Shown here: positions 26,884 to 38,457 of the stretch, in pieces
Position numbering within the stretch: position 1 is the stretch's first letter
Layout: each line of letters opens with the position of its first letter
Assembly: GCA_036867785.1 (NCBI GenBank)
Contig: CP145420.1
Span: forward strand, 930,001-994,000
DNA: 64,000 nucleotides
Reading direction: 5' to 3'
DNA from: Plasmodiophora brassicae
Lineage: Eukaryota
Made by a program: the position numbers and the translations under genes
Notes under the pieces: generated by a model
Seen by the model: the letters and a program-made list of their open reading frames with translations, nothing else
Told to the model about the DNA's origin: nothing
Databases searched by the model: none

Positions 26884-28007
26884 TTACGATGACGCGTGGC
26901 CGGCGTCACCGCCCTGACCATCGGAGAACTCCAGAATGGTGCCGAAGAGGAAGTGTTGCACGACCTGTACGGGCGGCAGCGTTAACACCATTGCATAAAA
27001 CGCAGCCAGCGCTTGATTACAGGGAATTTCCCAAGCACCTCTTTCTGGTACATGCGCAACAACCCTGGAGCACGCGTGTCAACCCTCGTCCCCGACCTGA
27101 ACGGGAATCGAATTCGTACCCGAGTTGACCTTCTCCCACGTTGCCACGCCCGAGATGTCGTTCAGAATGGGCGAGTGCTCACCGAACGGCCCCGTCTTCA
27201 TCTGTGCCCAGCCGCGACCGTTAGCACGGGCGCCCGAGCAGACAGCAGGTCGTTCACGGCGGCAACCTTGGTGATGAACTTGACGCAACCCAGGTACAGG
27301 TACTCGTCCGCGTACCTGTCCAAGATCGACTCGGACAGGATCGAGCTCGGCGTGATGTGCGGATCGGGGCCATCGCAGAGCTGCGATGCGCCCCAGTAGA
27401 ACGGAAGGAACTGGTAGTCGTCCAGGCCCCAGACGCCTTTGGAACCGGCCGGTTCCAGCCAGTACACGCTCTGTAGCTTGCGCGTGACCTCCAGGTACGC
27501 GACGAACACGCGCAGCACCAGATTCGCCAGGTCGTCCGGTTGCAGGAAGCCGAGCTTCGCCAGGCAGAACAGCCAGGCGACGAACGTGAGCTCATGGCCC
27601 GTGCCGTAGTCGATCCGGGTCGGATCGCCGAACGACGCGGCCAGGTACGGGACGAGTTCGACGATCGCCGGGTGCATCTCGGCAGGCAGCAGTCCCCTCA
27701 GCAACGCCGGCGCCTGCTCCTCCAGCCTGGCCACCCACGTCCGGAACGCCCTGTTGCCGAAGCGCTGCGCGTTCGGCAACGGCGGGATCTCGTCAACGAC
27801 GCGCGCCAGGTTCCGCAGCACCGCCACGATCCCATCGACGGCCGGCGACGCCGCCGGCGCCGCCGACACCGGCCTGCCGCGAACCGCCTCGTTCAGCGCC
27901 GTGATGAACCCGAACACCTGCCTGTACGCCGGTGACTCGCGGAACAGCGCCAGGCGCGCGTGCAGCGCATCGATGTGCTTCGCCGGCGCCGCGAACGTGT
28001 GGACCAT
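26884..28007 (-). CDS. PTPA: Serine/threonine-protein phosphatase 2A activator (PTPA/RRD1), multi-exon
   Basis: RFGNRAFRTW, SFGDPTRIDYGTGHEL, LEPAGSKGVWGLDDYQFLPF, KTGPFGEHSP, EVLGKFP and VVQHFLFG. Confidence 0.95.
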
Positions 28008-28297
28008 TGCCCTCCACACCCGTCGAATGCGAATCCCCGAATGCGCGCGTTTTCGACGACGACGGGGATGGTGACCACGAGGCGGACCCTTGGGGCCAGG
28101 CAGTAGTGTGGGCCACGCGGACACGCCGCGGATGGAATGTTCTGGAACGTCAGTCGGCACACGACAGGCGCCATATTATTTTCCGCGTTCGTGCCGACGT
28201 GTGCAGCCCCGAGGCCGAGGTGGGGGGCGGTAACGGTAACGGTAACGTTGCTCATTATCGTTTTGGTCCGATGATGCAGCCGGGGGCGGCGTTGTGA

Positions 28298-30732
28298 ATG
28301 GCGGCGGCGGCGGCGGCGGGCAGGTCGTGGATCCCGGTGTCGGATCGGCGGGTGCCGGTCGAGCACGGACGCGTGGTGTCGAGCAGCGCGTGGGAGGATC
28401 GCGGGGTGGTGCTGGGGACGGACCGCGGGCGCGTCCTGTGGCAGCCGGTCGAGTACGGGTTGCTGCTGCGCGGGCCGAAGGTGATCCCTGGATATGGCGC
28501 GTCGCCATCGCCCGTCGTCCAGGTTGAGGTCGTGGGACGTCTGAATGCCGTTCTTGCTCTTAAAGGTGCGATGCTGTGGAATCCGTTGTCGGTGGCGGGC
28601 CTGAGTAAAATGGGACAGATGGCGTTGTTGATGTGTACTCGTTACTGTCAATGACGCACATTGGAAGCGTGCCCGTCGTTGAATCGATGGGGCACGTCAC
28701 CGATGTTGCTTGTTTTGTGACGCGGACGAATGCTGGAGCGGTTGAGGTTTTCGCAGCGACCCAAAGGCAGTTGAACGTTTCGTGCTGCCGTGAGGGGTCG
28801 CTTCACTTCCAGGCGACGGTCCGTGCTGTGGATAGTTCTTTCGTCGCCTACAGTCCCCTTGAACGTGCCCGCTGTTCGCATAGAATCGTGCGCTCTTCGT
28901 TCCTGATGCACCTCTCGCTCTTGCGTGGATTTCTGGGAGGCTTTGCGTCGCGTTTGCTCAAGAGTTTATGCTTCTTGACGTTGACACGGGATCGGTTGAT
29001 TCTCTTTGGTGCCCGGCAACGTCGCCTATCTACGGGTTATCTGCTGACGGGCCAACAGGTATTTCACGCAAGGGCCACCACTATGTGCACTGTTCAGCTC
29101 AACGCACATGGTCCTGTCATCGGCGGACAGGGCCGTTGCGTTTACTATGGGACCACCCGGTACAGAACGCAATCTAGTGCGAATGTTTCTGCCTGATATT
29201 CGACGTAGGACCCGTCGTTCGAGGGCGTGTAGCATGGGGTGTGTCGCGGTATGAAACTGTAATAACCCAAGATGTACCGTTAATCAGTTAACCGATTGAC
29301 AGCCCTCCCCTATCGCTATTCACGAACAAGCTGGAATTGTTTGTGGCTTTCTCTGATCACGTCGGCGTGTTCTCTTCCGCCGATATCTCGAAGCCAGTTG
29401 GCAGGATCAACCTGAAGAACGTTGGGTGTTTCTCGTCCGTGTCGTCATGCGTTGTTGCTTGTGAGGGCTCACGGGTCATCGTGCTTTGCGAAAACCAACA
29501 GCTGTACGCTGTCGCCACTGTTTCACTGAACGCTGCGTTCGATGTTCTTATGGGTGAATACGTAAATAGGGAAAGAAATACCGTTGCAGATGATGGAAGT
29601 CTTGACCGTTTGTTGAGGCCCATATTATCCCACGGATCCGACCATTCCTTGAATCTGTCAGCAACATCATTGTTGGTCGATGTTTCGCGCCGAGCTATCC
29701 CTACGGATGGGCTGCAGTCGTTCTGCCGCCACATCCGTTTGTTTATGGGTAACTTGCGCGGACCCACCTTGTCGCAGCGCTTCGTAACACGAATCTGCAG
29801 ATGCTCTTGCGTACTCTGTGGAGATGGTATTCTGTCAGGCCTTTAAGGACGACATCCTTGAGGATGTCATTGAGGAGCGGCTTTTCGTGGAAGGTGGGCT
29901 ACAGGATTTAATCTTGCCATGCTTCCAAGACAAGGTGACACCATTGTCGAACGCTTCCGGGTCGCTTTGACCAATTAATGTTCAGTTCCGAGCTGAAGAT
30001 GATGCCTTTGGTTCCGTCTGCGGGACGTTGCAAGACTTCGACCTCAACAAGCTTGGCAGCTCTTTGCAGGTCATCCTGGTTCCTCAACGCCCTGGTGACA
30101 GCCAGCATTTGACTGATCTAACAGGTAGACGATCCGCGGTCGTTTTTCTCAGCGTCGTTGGCAACCATGTCCTCATTGACGACGTTACCTTCCCCTGTGG
30201 CCATGCTGACCGCGCTCTCAGGCGCAGGTCAAAGCATACATACAGCCATTCGTGATGCGGGGGTAAACTCGGTGACGACTTTGATCGTATTGCTGGCCCT
30301 CAGCGCCGTTATCGTCAGGACTCGTGCGGGATCCTGGATCTGACTGCGGACGAGTACATCCCTATTCTGATCTACGTCCTCATTCAAACTCGCCCGCCCC
30401 ACATGTTCAGCACCTACATGTACATGTCGTCGTTCATCTCGCAGTCCAGCCTGCGTGGCCATACAGGTCCGTTCGTGCGTCCGCTCCCGTCTGCTCTGGA
30501 CTCATCTGCCACATTGCAGGATACGTATTGACGACTCTCGCAATCGGTCTGTCGTCTCGCCTGTGTCCATATATGATTCCACATTTCTGATGGCCCGTCC
30601 TTAGCGCTCGAACACATGAAACAGCTATCCCTAGAGAAGCAGGGCTCGCTCCTGAGGCGCCCTAGCGACGACGATGTGCTGAACGCTGTCACGGATCGCG
30701 TTCAGGCGGAACACGATGATTATCCTATCTAG
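28298..30732 (+). CDS. CNH-domain (Vps39/TGFBRAP1-like beta-propeller) protein, multi-exon
   Basis: VVLGTDRGRVL, PVVQVEVVGRLNAVLALK/DGVVDVYSL and LCVAFAQEFMLLDVDTGSV resemble CNH propeller blades; the C-terminus was not recognised. Confidence 0.55.
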
Positions 30733-30824
30733 ACTGCTATTTAAACGTATCACTGTTCCAATCGATTGTGCACCCGCACGCGTTGTATGACGAAACGGTT
30801 CCAGCTGGACTCGAGCATGCCTGT

Positions 30825-31101
30825 CTAGTCCCATTTCTGGAATTTCGACGCATACCCAAAGATCGGGTTCTGGTTCTGGGCAATGCGGTACTCCTTCTCC
30901 GCCTCCTTCCACTCCTTCGACATCGTACGTGGCACCGTGCCTAACCACCACATGACCCTCTCAGACTGGGGGCGCTCGCGCCGACACGACGCCAGGACAC
31001 GTACGACGCGGAGTCAGAACGTGCATCATGGTGTACGCGCCGATCGTCGACGCCGTCAGGACGGCTATCACACCGAGCGCCCCCAGATCGTTAGCTCCCA
31101 T
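30825..31101 (-). CDS. COX4: Cytochrome c oxidase subunit IV family (COX4I1 / yeast Cox5-like), ~70 aa, 2 exons
   Basis: One TM (LGVIAVLTASTIGAYTMM) followed by PRTMSKEWKEAEKEYRIAQNQNPIFGYASK, matching the COX4 C-terminal signature PxTxxxEW...NPIxGxxS. Confidence 0.75.
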
Positions 31102-31652
31102 GACGAACCCGATCGGTGTCCCCCCTTTGTTTGCCTTCGACAACTGATTGACGCAATTTTGGAAACCCGCGACTGGCTGTATATATTCGTAGGGACCAAC
31201 AGTGACACTGAGTCGTCCCAGGGCTGCAGTCTGCACACAGTGACGTTTGTCGAATGGCAAGGTTGCGGTTGCAATTCGCAATGCCACGTTTACAGTTGAA
31301 CATGAATAGCGCAGGCGTTCCTATTCACAGAGCTGAAAACTGCCCGCAATGTCAAACGAAACGGTCGCCATTCCGATGGACCCTGTTCCAGATCATCAGC
31401 AGGTCATGGTTGTTCAACGCGGTCAGGTTGAGCAACCCCAGGAGACAATACCAACGTTCGACGGAAGGGGGCCGAAGGCACGCCCCGCGGTCTACCAGGA
31501 ATCGAGCCAGCACTCACGCCGACCTGCTAACGCCCATCAGCGCAAACGCCCAAACGACCGCGTTCAGCGCGTAATACAGCTGTTGCCGGTTTAGTGCACC
31601 TCCACCGCGTACGCGAAACCGCCCTGTATCGCAATTTTCAGATCCGGATCTT

Positions 31653-33747
31653 TGGCGCATGGCCGTCTCGAAAGGTTAAGAGGCTCCTGTCGAGATCGAC
31701 GATATGCCTGACGGTTAGGCCAGCAGGCTGCACCATGGCAGGCAGCACGACGGCGCGTGCACGTCTTGCAGAGGCGGCGTAGCTTAGGCGTTCATCGAGA
31801 CCCGTTACTCGGACAGATCCGAACGTTTAACGTACGCGGTGTTTGTTCGTCAGTTGGGGTTCATGCGGACAGCTGGCCCTGGTCATGGTTGCCAACGCAT
31901 TCGGCCCGCATTCCATGCGATGGCATCTATCGTGTCACCATGGATCTCCGCTCGCTGCCCGGTGGCTGAATTACAACCCGCTTCCCGCGCGATCTTTAGA
32001 AGCGTCCAAAGCGCCCGCACTGGCGCGAGATACAAGCGGTGTCGCCCTGGCCGCAGAACATGAGCGGTCTACTACCGGGGTGCTGGTGCCGTTATGCACG
32101 CCTCCCACAGATGCCGCCTTACGTACCATGCGTTTTCGAAACCTCTGCAACGTCTGAAATTCTACTGAGACCAGCGCAGCGACTGTGCAAGGCCCTTCGT
32201 CACCGCGCCCTGGTGTTCCCTACCAGTCGTTATGGTTGGCAGATTCCCGCGCGCCCGACTGTCTGCCCCCTGTAACGTGGCGTCCACCCCCCGGCGCGCG
32301 TATCCTCAACACTGCAGTGGTACCTCGGCCGCTAACCGGTCCCACCCGTGAATCTCGGCCGCATAACGAATTCGTTGGGCGTCTGTTGATATGAGCAACC
32401 GCATCGGGAGAGTGACGTCGCGCTCGACAACGAGGCGCCCCCATCTGTGCCGCGTTCTGGGCCGGGCGCTGATCAGGTTCGGTGCCTGGCTGTCGCCGCC
32501 AGGAGACATCGAGGCAGAGGTCCGGCCAGCTCACCGCCTGCTACCCATTCGCCTTAATCTTATGTTGTATGCAGAACGAGGCTTTACGGAAACGCATTCG
32601 AGAGCTCGAGGCAATGATCACCCATGTCGACCCTACCAGTCCTGGGTATGCCCTGCATAGTGTAATGCAACGATCCGCAACTGACCTGGCTGTGAGCAGA
32701 ACAGCTCCTGGGGCGCCTCCGTCTTCGCCTGCCGGAGCTGGCCAAGACCAGCAGACCACACTGCAAAGCGCACCCGACAAAGCAGAGAGCTTTGCACCCG
32801 ACAAAGCAGACAGTGACCTCACACCTGCCAAGGCAGAGCCTGCTCACGACGATTCGGTAGTGCTCGATGCCGACGACCTTGCGTTCCAGGCTCTCCTGGA
32901 ACGTTGGCGACAACGCTACGTGAGCTCGGATTTAGATGATTGATTACAAATTACAACCTTGTCGGCAATCTGTCCCCACACTCCCCACTCTGTGGCATTG
33001 GAGCGTTCTGGCACGAAGGTGCTGCCATGTGTCCAGCGATATGTAGCCGATTGGTAGCCTCATATCAGGAGTATGTTCCCATCGCCGCCACTCGCATGGC
33101 CTTGCAGCCGATCCGTTGACGATGGCATCGCCTGAACTGTGCCCTCCTCGATCGCCGCGATCCGCCTGAGCTGAATACCTGTACGCCTGCCCGACAAGCG
33201 TGATCCAGCCGCAGGCATACTGTAATCGCATACAAGGTACCGGCCACAAGCCCCGCTCTCGCGATCATCATCGACAGCGCATTGCAGAGTAGATAGGTCC
33301 CTGAACAGCAGCCCCGAAGATAATCACCAGTTGACTGGCAGGCATGATGTCGAGTACGGTCAAACACTGAAGCGACGACGAGAACCCATGAATGTGTTCG
33401 AGATCGGTTTAGGTCAGCGGTTCCCCTGCGGGTTCGGAATATCATGTCCGCTGTTGTCTTGTTGCAACGTGTCGCCCGGTTCGTACTGGGGCTCACCATG
33501 GGCCCCCAGCTGCTGCTCTGGTTGTTCCTTTTGGCCGAGAAGCTGTTGCACCTGCTCTTCGTGTTGTTCCAGCGTCTGGAGCTCATGAGGATCCAGATCC
33601 ACGGGCACGTGCTCGTCCGGCCCAGCTGTCATTGGATCTAGGGATCGTTCGTGGTCGTCGCTGTCTGGTCCGGCCCATCCTGTTGGTCGCCAGTGCCAAC
33701 GTGCGTCTCCTGCATCGCGCGGGGACTGTGCGTCTCCTGCTGATGAT
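31653..33747 (-). repeat. Right arm of inverted segmental duplication (partner 23255-25001)
   Basis: Contains a second copy of the 24045 gene and the 3' part of the IQ gene, plus ~280 bp (31945-32225) absent from the left arm. Confidence 0.9.
32391..32943 (+). CDS. Hypothetical protein, copy 2
   Basis: The 153-aa ORF differs from 24045-24506 at only about 3 residues. Confidence 0.5.
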
Positions 33748-33793
33748 CATTTCCGTTACGGTGGTCTCCTCCGCAGAGCGTCGAACTGCGCCG

Positions 33794-33956
33794 ATGGAGC
33801 GCGATGTCGACCGTCAGGACGGCGAGGCGGAGCGTTCGCAGCGGGGCACAACTTCACTGATGCGGAATACGTTCAGTTGGCCCGCTCGTGGTTGAACGTG
33901 TCTCAGGACCCTGCAACAGGGACAGGGCGAGGACCATATCTGCCGCGTCACCAGTG

Positions 33957-33993
<37 letters not shown>

Positions 33994-34160
33994 GCGATCG
34001 GCACGTTCTCTGCAGTCCAAATGGAGCACATCCAGCGAGAGGTTTCCAGGTTTGTCGAAAGAGCCGATCATGCCAGGGAAGCCTGTAGCGGCGTTGACTT
34101 TGAGTTGGAGGTCGACATCGGCAGCTGTGAGCTTGCACAGGTACTCTGCTCCAAACCGTG
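33794..34160. mobile_element. Internally deleted PIF/Harbinger remnant (Myb/SANT-like ORF on +, transposase fragment on -)
   Basis: Plus strand gives NFTDAEYVQLARSWLNVSQDPATG (Harbinger Myb-like). Minus strand gives FGAEYLCKLTAADVDLQLKVNAATGFPGMIGSFD..SLDVLH/WTAENVPIA (GFPGMxGSxDxxHW motif). Both are frameshifted. Confidence 0.75.
33959..33992 (+). repeat. Poly-G tract (34 nt)
   Basis: Direct count. Confidence 0.95.
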
Positions 34161-35589
34161 GAACGTTCGCAGCGGAAGAGCAGGGCGGTGCGCGATGTTG
34201 ATCCCGCCTCGCCTATGCAAGACTTCTGCTACCCTGGTAGGCGACGGCGGGCGAGTGATCAGATCTAGTACGCGTAGATTGCTGTGCGCCTCATCGTCAC
34301 GTGATGACACCTACCATGGCGTACGCCCAGACGTTCACGGGGACGTTGGCAGGCGTACAGCACGTCGTCTTGTGGCCATCATGGGTCTACTGGCCCGTGC
34401 CGCTATCGGCGTCGTCGTCGGTGGATCCTCAGGCAGGTGCGACGGGGGAGTCGAAGACTCGTGACGCGCGATGCGGAACACAACGACACGTCTGGTGGCC
34501 GTGCTCGACGAGTCTGGGTGGTGTTGATGGCCGACACTGTCGTCGGGTCGCCTGCTGCACTTTGGCCGATGTCCTCGATGTATACCACCCTCCATCAGCA
34601 CAATTACAAAATCCGATCCCCACCGATGTGGTGCCGCACAACCAGGTCAGCATGGTCTGGAGGCGCATCTTGCCACATTGGCGACAGTGGATGCGAGCCG
34701 TCTGTCAGGAACCTGGTGCCACCATCCTCCGTGCCTGCTGCGATGCCAGGCATGCACGCGAACTGACTGTCAGTCTTTTCGATGCAACCGTCCTGCATCC
34801 AATTCCCGGCCAGTGACAATGAATGACTTGGAGTGGTCGCTGCTCTGGACCGCAGTCGGAGGTTCGGACGATCAGTTATGGAATATTTGACGTTTCCACT
34901 AATCGCTCTATCGATAGTGGGCGTCTCCTTTTCCTGATTTCCGTTATCATCGTCGTGATCCAGATCAGGCTGACTAACCGCCAGTTGGGGGAACTGTTCC
35001 AGCAGTAACATCAAGCGAACGGCCAGCAGCAGCAGGAACTGTTCCAGCAGCAACAGGAGGCGATCGGCCAGCAGCACAGCAGGAACTGTTCCAGCAGCAA
35101 CCGGGTTTATTCGTGTGGGTGGTCACAGATGATGCGCAATCAGGTGGAACGTTTGGTGTTGCAGTTGTTGGTGCAGCTCCTGTTGGAGCGCCTCCTGTTG
35201 TTGCTGGAACCGTTCCTGCTGTGCAGCTGGCCGATCGCCTCCTGTTAAAACGTACCCGGTAATCACAGCTCTGTAAATAATGCACATCTGTCAGCCGGCA
35301 GCAGTACCGGGGGCGTACCACCTCTATTCTGCGTGATCCAGACATCGGATCGGATATTGTCGAGGCTCCTGCTACCAAATGTGCTCGAATAGTGCTAATT
35401 GTCAGTCAATATCGTCGAAGCACTGATTTGTGCAGGTCCGAAGGCGCCGGCCACGCGCATGTATCTGCTCGGTACTGATCCGTCGACGACCCCGGTACTG
35501 GGCCGCCGACGACCCCAGCCCTCATGCTGTTAACGTCGTTGAATTGTTGATCGCAACGGAGACAGTCACGGTCAATTTTGGCCGGCCGT

Positions 35590-35885
35590 CCAAGCAAACG
35601 CCACTCTACAATGTCGTCAAGATGGACCATCCCGCCATTAATGGTCGAGGTGCGGCTGGAGGTCCTGGGCCGGCATCGACCTGGTGACCGGCAACCCGGT
35701 GTTACGTTTGCTGCCATCCGAAATGGTTTCCCTGATACCGTCGAAATGCTGGTCCGCCGCAACGGGATTGACGTTATCGCGGGCAACCCGTTGCTGGAGT
35801 CCGTCCTGGGAGGCCATGTCAGTATTGTGCAGATGCTGGTCAACGATCCCGGGGTCGACGTCAACGCCGAGTCCCGTTGCTGGAG
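35590..35885 (+). pseudogene. Ankyrin-repeat gene fragment
   Basis: AAIRNGFPDTVEMLVRRNGIDV and NPLLESVLGGHVSIVQMLVNDPGVDVNA; truncated by the fold-back at 35892. Confidence 0.7.
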
Positions 35886-35891
35886 GCGCAG

Positions 35892-36255
35892 CTACGCAAG
35901 GGTTCACCATGAACATCGCCGGCAACCTTCAGCTGGTCTCCGCGGCAGCGTTGCTGAGACTGGACTTCCACAAACGGTACAATCATGTTCGACAACGACA
36001 ACCCACTTCTGTTCGGATGCCCGGATTCGTTTCCGGCGTCGTTACCGATTGTGTTCAAAGGCGACATCAAGTCGTACGTCCTGATGGCGCCTTTGAAAGA
36101 AATAGGTAACGACACCGGAAACGAATCCGGGCATCCGAACAGAAACGGGCTGTCGTTGTCGAACATGTACCGTTTGTGGAAGTCCAGTCTCAGCACCGCT
36201 GCCGCGGAGACCAGCTGAAGGTTGCCGGCGATGTTCATGGTGAACCCTTGCGTAG
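35892..36255. repeat. 364-bp fold-back (long inverted repeat) of transposase sequence
   Basis: ctacgcaagggttcaccatgaac... pairs with ...gttcatggtgaacccttgcgtag; centre near 36075; few mismatches and one 4-nt indel. Confidence 0.95.
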
Positions 36256-37480
36256 ATGTCAGGGTCGACTTCATCCTCTTAATCCATCGTTCCATCGGAT
36301 AAGTCCACACGAACCCAGAAATCGGGCCCCATTGGCGAATGACTTCCGGAAGGTGGATCAGCGAATGCATCTGCACGCACAGTGTGACAATCAGTATGTA
36401 GATATTAAGATACTGATAAACGGGGCTCGTACCGATATCGTCAAACCGTTTCCGAACCTCACCGCAAGACGTCGGCGCCGTCAATGCCAGACGTCACCGC
36501 GATAGGGTACTCGTTGAAGCGCAGCGCCTCCAGCATGAACGGACCATACGTATCTCCGAAATAACGGCCATCTGTCCAGTCGCGAAGACTGTCGGACGAC
36601 CGAATTCCCAGAAGAATATTTCGATGACGTTCGATTTCCGATCGAATGATGCCAAACATATGCGCCGACCGAAACAGCGACTGGAGAAACAGGATGCGGG
36701 AAAAGCAGAAGAACCGTTCGGACTGGTTCGAACAACAATCCCAGTCCGGTGGGGAATCACACTCTGGCCACAGGAGACCGTTGCAGCATACGCGATACTC
36801 GAGGAACGGTATCGAGACGCGCGAATCCGACAGATAGGAGCGTAGCTGGGCAAGGGTGGTGATCTCCCCAGAACGTTGAAGCGGAAGCACAGGATCGGCG
36901 TACAAACACTCTCCAAGGTCGTCCACAGGACAGCCCTTACTGGCAGCGTATTCCTTGAACTGTCAGAATTAGAGACAAATATACCGTTTGTCAGACGCGG
37001 TGCTTACGAATCGGGTATACTCCGTCTGGCGTCTTATGTCATCTTTTGTTAGCCTCTCCAATGAACGACTTAGCGACGCCTGCGTACGCTGACCGCGGGC
37101 AAACTCGTCCAGGCATTCCACCGCACGTATAGAGGACGGATCCACCTTCAGCGGAGCCAATCGCTTCGGAATCTCCTCTTTGAGGAACTAAGATTATAAC
37201 CCGAGTTCATTACGGTACTTCTGCTGGAATTCCATCGACCGGATGTCGTCGGCAGACATCCCTGCAACGTCTTCTAATAAGCCCGCCGTAAAGTCGAAGT
37301 CGACTGATGGGGGACCATCAGGGGGTCAGTATACAGCCATAGTTGGTCTATCCCGACGACCCATTTCGTCAGGGATGCCCCCACCATGGCGCGGGTTCAG
37401 AATAGGATCGTTCCTCGCATCGGCAGCAAGAAAACCTTCTCGAGGAAATGCAAGAATGATCGGGTTAGCATCCGCCATGG
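36084..37480 (-). pseudogene. CACTA/EnSpm-type transposase pseudogene
   Basis: QMHSLIHLPEVIRQWGPISGFVWTYPMERWIKRMK (DUF4218-like), DWTDGRYF and SGIDGADV (Tnp2-like), and YRVCCNG; stops and an internal deletion are present. Confidence 0.75.
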
Positions 37481-38457
37481 CATCCAACCGTACGTACGAG
37501 AGTCAGCCCAGACAACCTGGTCGAAGCGAGGTGCGCTAGGTCGTCGCGTCGCACACACAATCGAACACGGCCGATCCGCAGCCCCAAACCATGTTTTGAG
37601 CGAGCTTTGAAAAACCGGTCAGGAAATCAAAAGGAAATCAAACCGCAGGCGGAAGCGGGCGCGGAGCGCCCGCTATCGCCCTTCCTTTTCAACCGCACGG
37701 CAATCAAATGTCGAACCTGGTGTCAGGCGATGCGAACTCGCTGAAGGCATTCCCCATCGCTGGCTGCTTTGACGAAGTGCTCCCGACGACACCGCGGTAT
37801 ATAGAGTATGTTAATCAAAGGTACACTTTATCGATTTCGGCCGTTCAATGACCATCAAAGCGGCGGTTAAGTGCAACCGGTCACTGGTTGTTCACCCGGA
37901 ACACCACTTCCGGTTATACTTCCCATTGCATTCATCGTTGCCGCAAACTTTGCAATTGGTCTTGGGCTTACGAACTCGTTTCGGTTCGTCTGGGTCGCGA
38001 ACCGGGGCCGACAGGCGACGCTTTGAGGCACTTGATGGCGCTACGTCCAGCAGCACCGCTTCAACTGCCGGAGCTGAGGAGGGCGCCAGGCGGATATCGA
38101 GGCTTGCATGATGTGCAGGCTGCGGGACAGGGACAGTCGTAACTATCTCAGATGGCTGGTTAGGAACAGGCGGGGCAATCGTTTGCGGGACTGGAACAGG
38201 CGAGGCAATCGTTTGCGGGACAGGAACAGGCGGGACCTGGCGTTGGACAGGCGCTGCTGCTGACGGGAACAACAACGTTGACGGCGGGATGCGGTTTGAT
38301 GTGCGGACGGAGCGTGTGCTCTCTCGGGTAGTGACCGACGCTGAGGTCCTGTTATTCGATTTCCTCCAGTTCGTATAATACCGTTGAAGTTGTGTTGCAG
38401 TCTTGCGGAAGACGGAAACGCCGTCCGCTTTCGTCCGGAAGACCTCAACAATAGCAG

